From: the human T2T-CHM13v2.0 reference genome, Homo sapiens
Assembly (NCBI RefSeq): GCF_009914755.1
Contig: NC_060946.1
Length of the DNA: 64,000 nt
Reading direction: 5' to 3' (one strand)
In this document: one piece after another, positions 1-13,770 of the stretch
Layout: every line of letters starts with the position of its first letter
Numbering within the stretch: position 1 is the first letter of the stretch
The notes under the pieces: generated by a model
What the model saw: only the letters and a program-made list of their open reading frames with translations
Database searches by the model: none
Told to the model about the DNA's origin: nothing
Made by a program: the position numbers and the translations under genes

Positions 1-23
1 CACACCCACCTAGAGAAAATTTT

Positions 24-679
<656 letters not shown>

Positions 680-759
680 TCAATTGTATTTCTATATACT
701 AATAATGAGCAATTGGAAAAAAAATCTACAATAGCCACCCCCCCGCCAAGTGAAATATA

Positions 760-1234
<475 letters not shown>

Positions 1235-2097
1235 TGAAAACCTCTGGATCAGAAGAGCTGGTCTTCAGCCAGGTCCTTGGCACCAAGAGGATGTGAACAA
1301 TCCTGAATTCCAGGGCCTACTGATGGAGTCCACTAGTTAGTCCCTTTGACACGGCCCCCTTATGGATCCCAGTAGTCAGCCGGGGTGCAGGTTTTCATAG
1401 TGATTCTAAACAAGGCTGCAGTCACTGTTTAGAAGTGATTGGGGGAAGCTGGAACTGTGCTCCTTGTTTCAGGACCTCTAGATTGCACCTAGATTAAACA
1501 AGACGGAAGCTCTCAAAAGGCTCTAAGTCTAGGCCTCCTGTGAGGTAGGGTCTGAAAGGACTTAAACCATTTTTTTTTTTTTTTTTTTTTTTACACACAG
1601 GGTAACTTTTTGGAAGAGTACTTTGTAACAATAAAGTGCTGTGCACAGAAAGGAGAAATGCCATTATGAGGATGTGTGTGCCGACCTGGGACCAGCAGGG
1701 TGAAAGAGTCTATCATTCATGATGAGAGCTGCCATTTGCGCTAAGCACACACCATGTGCCAGGCACTATGCCAAGAAATTGTTGAATCTTCACAATAACT
1801 CTGTGAGAAAAGGGCTGTCATTGGACAGATGAGGACACTGATGCTCCCAGGGGTCCACATCACATGAAGAGGAGGTGACAGGGCTGGGCCTTGGTCCGAA
1901 GCTCCAGCCTTCCAAGCCAAGGCCTGTGAGAGGAACCGCTGAGACCTGATGTTAGGCCTGTTTTTCTCATGTGCCCTGGAGAAGGGGACTAACACCATCT
2001 TTTGCCAAAGTTTGGTGAGGGATGGCCAAGAGCTCTTTGAAACTTTGCCATGTACAATAGCACTCACAATTTTTTTTAAATTTTTTATACAGTGGTA

Positions 2098-2386
2098 TCG
2101 GGGTACAGTGGCTCATCAACACTTTGGGAGGCTGAGGCGTGAGGATTGCTTGAGGCCAGGAGTTTGAGACCAGTCTGGGCGACATAGTAAAATCTCATCT
2201 CTATAAAAAAAGAAAAAAAATGAGGCGGGCATGGTGGCAAACATCTGTAGTCCCAGCCACGCAGGAGGCTAAGGTAAGAGGATCACTTGAGCCTGAGAGG
2301 TTGTGGCTACAGTGAGCCATGATCACACTACTGCACTCTAGGATGGGTGACAGAGCAGGACAGTTTCAAAAAAAGACAAAAAAAAA
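2098..2386 (+). mobile_element. Old Alu (AluJ-like), antisense to the distal DUSP18 3' region
   Basis: Diverged Alu dimer with A tail. Confidence 0.9.
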
Positions 2387-2795
2387 TTTACACAGTGGAA
2401 TGCTTTCTTTAAAAACTATCTTATGCATAAGTACAATCTAGAAAACCAGAACTGGGCCACTTATAGTGAAGGTGGAAGCAGAGGTGGCCTGGGACCCCCC
2501 AGGATTCCTGGAGCACTGCCTGAAGGCCATTTATCTAGTAGATTGGCACTCACTGTAAGAAGCGCAAGAGGTACCATGATGCTTAAGGCTCTGGCTCTGG
2601 GTGTGAAAGAATGAGGTGGAATTGTAGCAGATTCATTCCTGGGTCAATCTGTTTTTGGGGAGGGCTGCAGGATTCCAGGCCTGCCATGTGCAATGGGTGC
2701 TGCCCTCTTTCTTCTGGGCACCATCTGCCTCAACCTATCCCCTGGCCAGTGTCACTCACAGGGCAGAAAATTTATCTTCACCATCTCACAATTAG

Positions 2796-2801
2796 TTTAA
2801 T
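2796..2801 (-). terminator. Candidate proximal DUSP18 poly(A) signal ATTAAA
   Basis: TTTAAT on the plus strand about 180 nt past the stop codon, in U-rich context. Confidence 0.45.
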
Positions 2802-2977
2802 CTGAAAAAAAATGGATTATAAAGTTAAAAGCTACAGCAACTCTTTTTTGTGCTCATAAAAGGCATCATCTGTTTTTTTCTGTATCAACAAAAGTAGAAT
2901 GTTCAAGTTTGGATCTTGGTGTAAGATCAACAATAGATCTGTACCTCTGACTCCAATGCAGGGGCTCGTGGGATGGC

Positions 2978-3544
2978 TCACAGTGGAATCATCAAACGGA
3001 CTTCCTTCTCATAGATGTCAGGGATCATTCCCACTGGGGAACTGACCATGTGCACAGTGTTCTTGCCAAACAATTGGAACTCATAGTGGATGAGCTGCTC
3101 CCAAAAGCCGCTGTTGGGTCGGATGATGGGCCGGCATGACTTGGTCCACGTGTGGGCGTCCAGCAGGGACATGGCGTGGTACTTCATGAGGTAGGCGAGG
3201 CACAGGGCAGCTGAGCGGCTCACACCAGCAGCACAGTGCAGCAAAGTACGGCCCTGCTTCATCTCCACGCTGTGGATATGGTCAGCAATAGGGTCAAAGA
3301 AGTCACAGAGACGTGAGTTAGGGGAGTCAGCCACAGGTACCTGCATGTACTGGATATCCTCATACAAGGTGTTCACTACCTCCACTGAGACATTGATGAC
3401 CATGGTGATCTGGTTGCTAGACAGCATGAGCTTGTTGTTGGCGGCCACACCATTGCTGATATACAGGCTTTTGGTTATCTGCGAGAGGCCGCTGACTGAG
3501 GGCTGCCGGAACTGAACTGGGAAGGCACACGAGGGTGCTGTCAT
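2978..3544 (-). CDS. DUSP18: Dual specificity protein phosphatase 18 (188 aa, single coding exon)
   Basis: ORF MTAPSCAF...RLMIPL with the atypical-DUSP catalytic loop LHCAAGVSRS, acid-loop VADSP and the RPIIRPNSGFWEQL motif. ATG is at 3544-3542; the track's 3547 start is a TTG. Confidence 0.97.
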   Translation of the reverse strand: MTAPSCAFPVQFRQPSVSGLSQITKSLYISNGVAANNKLMLSSNQITMVINVSVEVVNTLYEDIQYMQVPVADSPNSRLCDFFDPIADHIHSVEMKQGRTLLHCAAGVSRSAALCLAYLMKYHAMSLLDAHTWTKSCRPIIRPNSGFWEQLIHYEFQLFGKNTVHMVSSPVGMIPDIYEKEVRLMIPL

Positions 3545-3640
3545 CAAGGCGGTGGGTCAGTGGTCAGCAGTCAGCGAAGCACGAAGGCTGCGTCTTTCTG
3601 CTAGGCTGTGTCCATGGAAAACTGCAGAGAGGGAGAGGAT
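3545..3640 (-). other. DUSP18: DUSP18 coding-exon splice acceptor and 5'UTR part, including a 4-codon uORF (3615-3601, MDTA*)
   Basis: Minus strand reads atcctctccctctctgcAG|ttttccATGgacacagccTAG; exon starts at 3621. Confidence 0.8.
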
Positions 3641-4498
3641 GTTTAGAGGGCAGGTGCCCAGAGGGCCAATTCCAGGGGATCCCTGGGAAATGGATGGATA
3701 GGCTTATAGCATTCCCCAAGGCAGTCCTCTGACCATCACAGCAGAATTACCCAGCAAACTCATTTAAAGTACAGATACCCAGGTCCCTCTCCAAACCCAC
3801 AGTCAGACTCTCGGGGTGAAGAGCATGAATCTGCATTTTCAGCATGCTTCTCAGGTGGTCTAATGTGCACTGCCCTATAGGACAAATGGCAAGTCCCCAA
3901 GTCTGGCACTTGAGGCCTCCCTTGAGGGGTCCCACAGCTCTAGTTGGGCAGATGACTTGTGTCCCTCAGCTGTGCCTTGGCCTGATTCTCCATTTAAGCT
4001 CACAGAGCCCTTTTCTTGCTGCTCTTCCAAATTCTCTCCTTCCTTCCAGCCCCTCTGAGTGGGAACCATTTGTACAGTCTTCCTCCTCAGTCTTCTGACT
4101 TTATGCCCAAATCATAAGGTCCTGAGCCAGTGGCATGGAACCAGAGCCCACTGTGCTGGCAGTCACTGAGGAGGCTGGTATAAGAGTAGGGAGGGTTCCC
4201 ATTTTCCCCCTCTAAGAACCATCTCTTTAAAGAGACAGGATATGCCCATGCGAAGCTGATGTCAAATACAAAGTCCTAAATTGTTAGACATGCTCCTGCA
4301 CCTTGCCTCTGAAGAAGGCCTGGGAAAGGGAGTGGCTGAAAGCTTCCTGGAAGCCAGCATAATGGGCACCACAGCAACCCCAGGGACAAGCACAGAGACA
4401 GCAGGGCCTTAGGAAGACCTGCCACACCTGCATCATGCTGCCTGCAGCAGAGCTGTGAAACACACCCCAGGGAGAGGCAGACCCCTTCCCTTCACCTG

Positions 4499-4638
4499 CT
4501 CGATAGGCTCAGTCGCCGCTAAGTAATTGGGGTAGGGGTTCAGCCGCAGATCTGCTTCCCGCGCCGCAGACCGTGCAGTCGTCGGTGCTCCTCAGGTGCG
4601 GCCTGGGTGCCCAGAGCATTCATTAGACTCTCGGACCC
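4499..4638 (+). repeat. 140-bp direct duplicate of 7751-7886 (3' part of pseudo-exon 1 plus donor)
   Basis: Hand alignment: about 11 substitutions and one 4-nt indel over about 136 bp (about 92% identity). Confidence 0.95.
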
Positions 4639-5149
4639 TCACTTTCTCAGTCTTAAACAAAGCTGCAAAAACCAGGACATCTTTATACATTCCGCTGAAA
4701 TAGGGGCATTTGGATTTAGATCACACCTTTCAAGGCCAAGTGGCAGTCTTCACCAGGCACGAGAAATGAGGAGCCAAAGTTTTGTTTCCCTGCTTAATAT
4801 ATTTCAGTGGCTATCCACTGTGAGGATAAGATGGAGCCACTTAGTTTGGCTGTCAAGGCCATTTGTGACCTGGCTCCTGCCTGTCTCTCCAGCCTCTTAT
4901 TAGGCTTCTCCATGCTCTGAAGGGCCTCAGGTGAACCGAGCCACTTACAGTTCCTTAGGGACAACCTGTCCTCTCCAGCCAGTGGCCTTTGCCCCTGCTG
5001 ATCTCTCAGTCTCTTTCCTTATGAACCCATCAGATCCTGATCTGGTCCATTCAGCAGAGGACTGCAGAAGTCTGAGGAGCCTTAAGATATCAACTTAAAG
5101 GTAACTGTTTTAAGGGAAATCTCCTTAGATCACACCCCTCCCTCACGTT

Positions 5150-5385
5150 TGACCAACTCTGCTCCAGGCTTTCTTAGCCCTATGTTCTCTCCTTCCTAAC
5201 ACTTACTGAAGACGTAGTTTTGCTCCGATCTGTCTGATTATTTGATTAATGTCTGTCTCCCCAAGAGACTGTGAGCCCTTTAGGGATATGATGGTGTCTG
5301 TCTTCACTCCCACTCTATCACCAACTAGTGCCAAGCGCTGTGTCCCCACAAGTAGGTGCTTGATAAATATTTGTTGAATGAAGAA
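5150..5385. mobile_element. L2 3' fragment
   Basis: agactgtgagccc...taggtgcttgataaatatttgttgaatgaa terminal motif. Confidence 0.75.
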
Positions 5386-5878
5386 ATGACTCCCAACAGC
5401 TATGACTCTGCCTTCTGAGAGGCTTTCTGGAAAGAATGAGTTCTCTGGCAGCGTGTCTCCAGAATTCCAGGGAGGGGCTGGGTGGGGATGGGGGTGGTTC
5501 TGAGGCTACTAAAGAGAAAGACCAAAGGTTGTATAGGCAAATCCTACCTGCCAATGCCCCAGACTCAAATGCATCAGGCTCATTCCCGGAAGGACAGAGA
5601 GGGCTGGCTTGCTACAGAGGTGATATGAAGGGCAAAGAAAAAGCCTCCTGAACCCAGATGGAAGTCTAAATGCTAAGGAATGTTCTGGATCCTCGTCATC
5701 AGAAAATCCATAGAGAAGTGAACTGATGTCCCCCCAAACCAGTGCCCAGTGGGTAACGGGAATAGAGGAATGTGCTGTTCATTATAGCCACTAAAAGTCT
5801 GCAGAAGTGACAATGCTCTTGCAGGTGAGGGTAGTGATGCGAGGAGTCATTTTCATGCTAGTTAAGAAATATCTATCA

Positions 5879-6272
<394 letters not shown>

Positions 6273-7000
6273 CTAGTGGGAGAAACAGATAGTAAACAGG
6301 CAATTACAGGCAGACAGAGCTTGAAAATAGGATAACAGTACCTACCTTAAAAGGATGTTGTGAAATTAAACGAGATAATCCACGTAAAGAGTTTTCTCAG
6401 GGCTTGGCATAGAGTAAGCCCTCTCAAAATGATAACTATTTTTCTCGCTTCTGATAGGGAAGTTAAAATGCAGGGCTCTGTGAAAGGGAAGTGTAAAAAA
6501 GATTTCTTCCAGGTCGGAGCCTAGGGAGTCGCAAAGACCACCTGAAGAAATCACAAAAGATCTAAAGAACGTTTAGCTTGAGAGGGAGGAGGAGAAAAAA
6601 ATAGCAACTCGGTAGCAGTTCAGCTTCACCACTTTACAGCCTATGAAGTATTTGGCTTCCCTCATCTGGTTCGATCTTCAAAGCAACCTAATCAGACCGG
6701 CGTCTAGAGTTAATATTTCCATTTTACAAAAGAGGAAAGTGAGACACAGCGCGGAAAAGGACTTGTTCAGAACGAGTCATAAAGCAAAGAAGCCGACCTT
6801 TATGGTCCATTATGTGTGGGAAAAATGAACAAACACCGCGGGGCGTTCGTGAAATACTAAGTTATAAACATGGAACAAAGTCCAAGAGTTAACGAGAGCG
6901 AAGCATCACTTCTAGGGGTGGGCCGGGTAGGTTTCCTAGGGGAGCTGGCATTGGAATAGGCTTCTTCGCCTGCTTAGTGTCAGGACCCCCAGGGTTTTAC

Positions 7001-7430
7001 CTCTCTCCTTCAGGCGGGTGGGCGGGTTCGCTCAGGAAGTAGCCGCTTGGGGAAGCCTTAGGCAAGGTTCTTCGGGAGAGAGACCCGTCATGATCCCGCA
7101 GCCTCAATCCCCGCTGGCCTAACGCTTTGGTTTCCATAGCAATGGGCTCGTCGCAGAAAGGAATAGCCTGTGCCGGGTCTTCAGAGAAATCCTGGCCTCG
7201 GCTCCACGCCCCTGAGCAGCCCCACCCTGGCTCAACCTGTTACCCGCCCTGCCGGCAAGCCGGGGTCACTGCAGTCCCCGTGGCGAAGCAGGGTCAGCTC
7301 AGCTCACCGCACCCCACTCCATCCAGCCCTGCCCATCTCTACGGCAACGGGCCGGGTCGCACCAGGGCTGCAGCCGAGAGACAGTCTCACCGCTTCCGTA
7401 GCCGCCCGGGCTCTGTGCGCATGTGCGACA
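7001..7430 (-). other. DUSP18: Probable non-coding exon 1 of DUSP18
   Basis: Lies in the CpG island just downstream (minus sense) of NRF1/GC-box motifs. Donor GAG|GTAAAA at 7001/7000; alternative CG|GTGAG donors at 7391/7390 and 7308/7307. TSS position is approximate. Confidence 0.6.
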
Positions 7431-7544
7431 CTCCCTCCCCGGCCCCGCCCCCTTATGCGTCTCCCAGGCAACGCGCCGCGCGGGGCTCCAAGTTCCGCCC
7501 AGGGACTAACTCCAGGTCTGCGCGCGTCCAACGAGCACGGCTCT

Positions 7545-7626
7545 CAACCGGCCTCCTGGCGCCCAACGACCATGGCTTCCAACCGGCCTCCGTGCGCCCA
7601 ACGACCATGACTCCCAACCGGCCTCC
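7545..7626 (+). repeat. 35-bp tandem repeat (about 2.3 copies plus a degenerate copy upstream)
   Basis: CAACCGGCCTCC recurs at 7545, 7580 and 7615; GCGCCCAACGACCATG occurs in both full units. Confidence 0.85.
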
Positions 7627-7660
7627 AGTTTCCAACTGTTTCTCGAACAGGGAAGCCGCC

Positions 7661-7843
7661 ATGACACAGCTGACTACGCCCTTGGTCACAGGGGACCTGA
7701 GATCCTCCACGATTTACGGGACCGGCGCCACCTCGGGCTCGAACCACCCTCTCGATAGGGCCGCCGCTAAGTAATCGGCGTAGGGGTTCAGCCGCACATC
7801 TCCTTCCCGCGCCGCGGACCGAGCAGTCGTTGGTGCTCTTCAG
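7661..7843 (+). pseudogene. Exon 1 of an unprocessed C5orf52/4921536K21Rik-like pseudogene
   Basis: GCCGCCATG start; translates MTQLTTPLVTGDLRSSTIYGTGATSGSNHPLDR/(fs)RR*VIGVGVQPHISFPR/(fs)PRTEQSLVLF-S; donor TTCAG|GTGCGG, phase 2. Homology recalled, not searched. Confidence 0.8.
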
Positions 7844-9014
7844 GTGCGGCCTGGGTGCCCAGAGCCTTCGTTAGACTCTCGGACCCGCAAGGGAGCCCGA
7901 ACTCTTTCAGACTCGCTCTCCCTCAGCCGGACCTCGGCCCTTTTTCACACCCCAGGGGAGTCTGGATTTCTCATAGTCCTGGGCACCAGCCCCTTCCCAG
8001 TCTAGCTCTTGGGACTCCCTGAAGCCGGAACTCCCTCGCCTGGACTCCCGGGAGAACCTGGAATCCCCATCTCCAGTCCACATTTTCTCAGAATCTGTCC
8101 TAGCCCTTCAGTCTCCCAGGCATGACATCGTGTGGTCCCAGCGCCCTAGGTGGTGAGCTGTGACTCTCCTTAGAGCCTGGCGAGGCCGAGGTCCTCCCCA
8201 GCTCGAACCCATCCCACACTCCCCTTCTCAGCCTCTGTGTTCCCCAGTGGTCCTGGAAAAGCCCCCAGTTCCCTCTGCCTGGCCCCAATCCTCACAAACC
8301 CAATTACCCACGCTCCTTTCCATTCCATAACCCCCATCACTGCATCCTCCAGGCTCCCATCCATGGAGGACTTGAGGTGGAAAGCAATTTGGTTCAAAAT
8401 AACCATTATTTATTACTTGAAAGGGAATATTTCCAGTCGTTGCCAGCCTCCTCCCCTTCTAGTATTGGTAAATTTTTTGCACCACTGAGTGGGTGAAGAG
8501 TTTTATGCGTCTTTAAATGTTTTAAGGATTTTTTTAAAAAAACAAAAAACTCTCAGGATTTGGGGGACTTTTGTGTTTGAGCATCTTGATCTCTAAACCA
8601 GCTTTTTCCATCACCTCATACCTAGGCTATGCATAGAGGTCAGAAAAATGTAAATGAGAGATTGAGAAGTTGGATTGTTCATACTAGTTTGTAAATATGA
8701 AAACATTCACAACACTCCAGTTCCAAATAGGCTGAAAATGCATTAGAAAAACTAGTCCTTCAATATTTTTTATCCTTCTACAGTTGTCTTTTTTGACCCA
8801 ATTATAAAAGTAGTGTACACTTATAGAAAAATGAGGACAGGCATGGTGGCTCACGCTTGTATTCCCACCACTTCACTTTGAAAGGCTGAGGCAGTTGGAT
8901 CACCTGAGCTCAGGAGTTCGAGACCAGCCTGGGCAACAGGGTGAAACCCCATCTCTACCAAAAATACAAAAAATTAGCCGGGCTTGGTGGCTCACCTGTG
9001 GTCCCAGTTACTCA

Positions 9015-9173
<159 letters not shown>

Positions 9174-9211
9174 TCACTGTTAACATTTTGGTGTATTTTG
9201 ATCAGAATCCA

Positions 9212-9214
<3 letters not shown>

Positions 9215-9262
<48 letters not shown>
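9215..9262. repeat. (TA)n microsatellite
   Basis: About 24 perfect AT units. Confidence 0.97.
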
Positions 9263-9265
<3 letters not shown>

Positions 9266-9561
9266 ACAACATGCTTATACTTAAAAAAGATACATCACAA
9301 AAGTTCACTTTTTAGTAACCTGCTTTTTTCTCCCATCTAATATACCACCCGTCTATGTTTCATACACAATTACATGTATTTTATTTTATGACATACCAAA
9401 ATTTATTCAATTGCTTCCATACTGTAGATTTTGTTTCCGCATTTTAGAAAGAAAATATGAACAATTTTTTTTTTGAGACAGAGTCTAGCTCTGTGGCCCA
9501 GGCCCGAGTGCAGTGGCACAGTCTTGGCTCACTGCAACCTCTGCCTCCTGGGTTCCAGTGA

Positions 9562-9753
<192 letters not shown>

Positions 9754-10224
9754 TGATCCTGAAGAATTATTTTTAAATGGGCAAAACCATTTAAAGGTAT
9801 TTATTTGTAAGACTACTTCATGGTGTAACCAAATTATCAAAAAGTGAAAATGCAGTGCTTAGAAGTATATCCACTCTTCAGCATTTCCTCATTTTGACCA
9901 GATTGTTATATTTTCACCTGGAGTACCTAGCTCCATTCTACCCCACCCCACCCCATGTTTCACCTCACCTTTCAGAGCCTCCTAAAACCCCTGTCCACCC
10001 CACACCTCCCTATTCTAAATTTTCCCCAAACCTTCTTCTGGAATTCCCCTATTAACCAGCCTAACATCTGTCCAAACTCTTCACTTTTATTTCTCCCTGC
10101 TCTGATCTATACTCCCCCAAGCCCCCGCCTCCCAGATCCCCTTTAGGCACAGGGTCTAGAGCAAGTGCTCCCCAAGCTAAACACCTCTCAAATTCATCCT
10201 TCGAACCCTACTCTACAACTTTTA

Positions 10225-10737
<513 letters not shown>

Positions 10738-10891
10738 TTACTCCCTTGCTTCTCTGAAAATTGTAACAGAGCTGCACTTGTCCTAAGATACCCGGGGAAG
10801 CCTCAGCCACTCCCCCAGGACCCTGTCAAATCTGCTCTGGCCCTGGCCTCAGCCATCTGTAACCTGTGTCACCTTTCCCTCCCCGCTCCAG

Positions 10892-11006
10892 CTTAATGAT
10901 TCCAGTGAAGCAGCAGTGAAAAATTTTTTACTCATATAAAAAGAGCAGTTTATCTTGGGTGGGTTTTTATGACAAGCTCATAGCACAACGACTCCATGAG
11001 GTGCAG
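10892..11006 (+). pseudogene. Exon 2 of the C5orf52-like pseudogene
   Basis: Acceptor cctttccctccccgctccAG|C and donor CAG|GTAAAG are intact. Translates S-LM/(fs)SSEAAVKNFLL[+7 nt]KSSLSWVGFYDKLIAQRLHEVQ; phase 2 at the start matches exon 1. Confidence 0.8.
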
Positions 11007-12661
11007 GTAAAGTAGCCACAAGCTTTTGCATTAGAGGGTGTTAGTGGCTTGACCCATATTCATTTCATTCTCTCTATATCCTGGGGGATCATAAAGGTGA
11101 TAGGAAGTCCCCAAGGTGCTCTAAGGCAGGCCCCGTTTTACAGAGGAGGCAATTGACACTCAGGGTTACTGACTTGCCCAAGGTGTCACACCTGTTCCTA
11201 GGCTAAGGAGGCTAGAAAGACTCCATGTCTCTTGGTTTTGTTTTTGTTTTTGTTTTTCCTGAAAGCACATTATCTCTCTAGGGAACCCATGAATGGATTC
11301 TTATTTTCTCCCATACAAAGTCTTGGGTTCTAGGCTGGGCGCGGTGGCTCATGCCTGTAATCCCAGCACTTTGCGGGAGGCAGGACGGTCACTTGAGGTT
11401 AGGAGTTTGAAATCAGCCTAGTCAATGTGGCGAAGCCCCGTCTCTACTAAAAATACAAAACTGATCTGGGCATGGTGGTGGGTGCCTGTAATACCAGCTA
11501 CATGAGAGGCTGAGACATGAGCATTGCTTGAACCGGGTGGTGAAGGTTGCAGTGAGCTGTGATAGTACTCCAGCCTGGGCAACAGAGCAAGACTCCGTCT
11601 CAAAAAAAAAAACAAAAACAAAAAAACAAACAAGCAAAAATAAATAAATAAAACCCCCAAAAAACTAAGGTCTTGGGTCCTAGAGTTTGAATCAGCATTA
11701 ACAGCATCTTGTCAGTTTTTTCCTTTGGGGATTATCCCCATTTTCCAGATGAGAACTGAGGCTCTTCTCCCACTTTTTGCTTATGGACAGGTAAGAGTTT
11801 GACTCAGGCTTACTCAAAAGCCTGAGTGCTGTCACCTACTGTTCCCATAGACCCTAATTGATGAACTCATTAAACCTGTCCTTAGGGCCTGCTTGGGACA
11901 GCTACTGTGTTGGGTGCTAGGAAGAGACACATGAAAAAGATGGACACCAATAACATACTCATTTTTTCAAACAGAGCAGGAAGCCCAGGGTTGAGCTTCT
12001 GCCCCTTCTTGACTCTGTTGACTTCTCTCCATGTTCCAGGGTCAAGTCTGGATGGGCCCACAGGATTCTAACATCAAAAACAGTTGGAGATCCTTAAGAG
12101 ATGGTGCCAGATCCTCTTGAAGGTCACAAAGACAAAAGCAGAGCAGAGACCTGGGCATTTCTGCCTCTGCTAAACTTCCAATGGTGGGATGTAGTGGAAC
12201 TAGATGGGCAGGCCAGCTTTGTGTGACCTTGGGTGAATCACACTTCCTCCAGACTCTGCTTTCTCATTTGTAAAAATAGGATCTATTAAGATCCTCTCAG
12301 TGGCAGGTAATATAAACTGAACTTGAACTAGTTCAAGCAAAATAGAGAAGTTGGGTTTACATAATCAAGGATGGATAGGGCACAGTCGCCAATGTTTTAG
12401 GGGAGAGAAGCCAGGGGCTGTACTACCACCAGGTATGTCTTCCATTCTGTCTTCATTGTCTTTATATTGTGTCTCGTCTCGTCCCGTCCCATCCCGTCCC
12501 ATCCCGTCTCGTCTGTTTGAGACACGGTCTCACTCTTGCCCAGGCTGGAGGCCAGTAGCATGAGGCTCACTGTAGCTTCAACCTCTTGGGTTCAAGCAGT
12601 CCTCCCACCTCAGCCTCCCAGGTAGCTGGGATTACAGGCATATGCCACCATGCCTGGCTAA

Positions 12662-12808
<147 letters not shown>

Positions 12809-13204
12809 TGAACACCAGTATCATTATCAGGCTGGCTGAACCTGGGGAGCAGAGCCACAGGAAACCTTGGCCTGTAGACCACAAGAAGTACTTCCACTGC
12901 TGCTCCAGTTAGACAAATCCTGAGGAAGGACTCCAGTTGGCCCCAGTTGGTTCATGGGCCCATCCCTGTTTTAATCACTGTGGCCAGGTGGTGTGGGGTA
13001 TTCTGAGTGGCCCACGATAGGTTCGGGGCCAACTGGGTGGGGAATGTCGTACACCTTAGGTGGGGCAAGGAACTGTGAACTACTCTTAACTGGAAGCTCC
13101 TGAGTTGGCTTTATGTATACCTGAGGGCTGTGCCAACTTTCAGCTGTCCAGAAGCTTCCTTTTACTTTTTTTTATTTTTTTATTTTTTATTTATTTATTT
13201 TTGA

Positions 13205-13498
<294 letters not shown>

Positions 13499-13567
13499 TA
13501 ATGCCCACTTTTTACAAATAAATAGACTCCCTGTGAGTCAAAGTATTTATGGAATGAATATAGTGTG

Positions 13568-13770
13568 GAGAGAGCTTTAGAGAAGAGCAATAAGGAGATC
13601 AGCCACTAATGAAGATCAGACCACCTGATAAAAACTTTATGACAGACCAGCTCAGAAAGCTGGGGCACTGGAGACGGGAATCCATGAACATCCACCAGTA
13701 CTTGGATAACATTTGTGTATACCAGGAATAGTTGAAACTCCAGTCTCCCAAGAAAGACCAGCCACTCTAG
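13568..13770 (+). pseudogene. Exon 3 (terminal) of the C5orf52-like pseudogene
   Basis: Translates RALEKSNKEISH**RSDHL/(fs)FMTDQLRKLGHWRRESMNIHQYLDNICVYQE*LKLQSPKKDQPL*. Acceptor is degraded; AATAGA at 13861 may be a decayed poly(A) signal. Confidence 0.78.

Larger units (their letters stand above)
6830..7950. promoter_or_regulatory. CpG-island bidirectional promoter (DUSP18 / plus-strand pseudogene) with RFX X-boxes, NRF1 site and GC box
   Basis: High CpG density. X-box-like GTTTCCATAGCAAT 7130-7143, ATCTCTACGGCAAC 7335-7348, GTCTCCCAGGCAAC 7459-7472; TGCGCATGTGCG 7416-7427; GGCCCCGCCCCC 7441-7452. Confidence 0.85.

Noticed and set aside
7127-7774. 215-aa plus-strand ORF in the DUSP18 CpG island
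   Set aside because: TTG start and GC-rich, stop-poor sequence. Only the part from ATG 7661 is meaningful, as pseudo-exon 1.
12471-12515. (CCCGT/CTCGT)n pentamer array
   Set aside because: Short microsatellite grown from the tail of the adjacent Alu.
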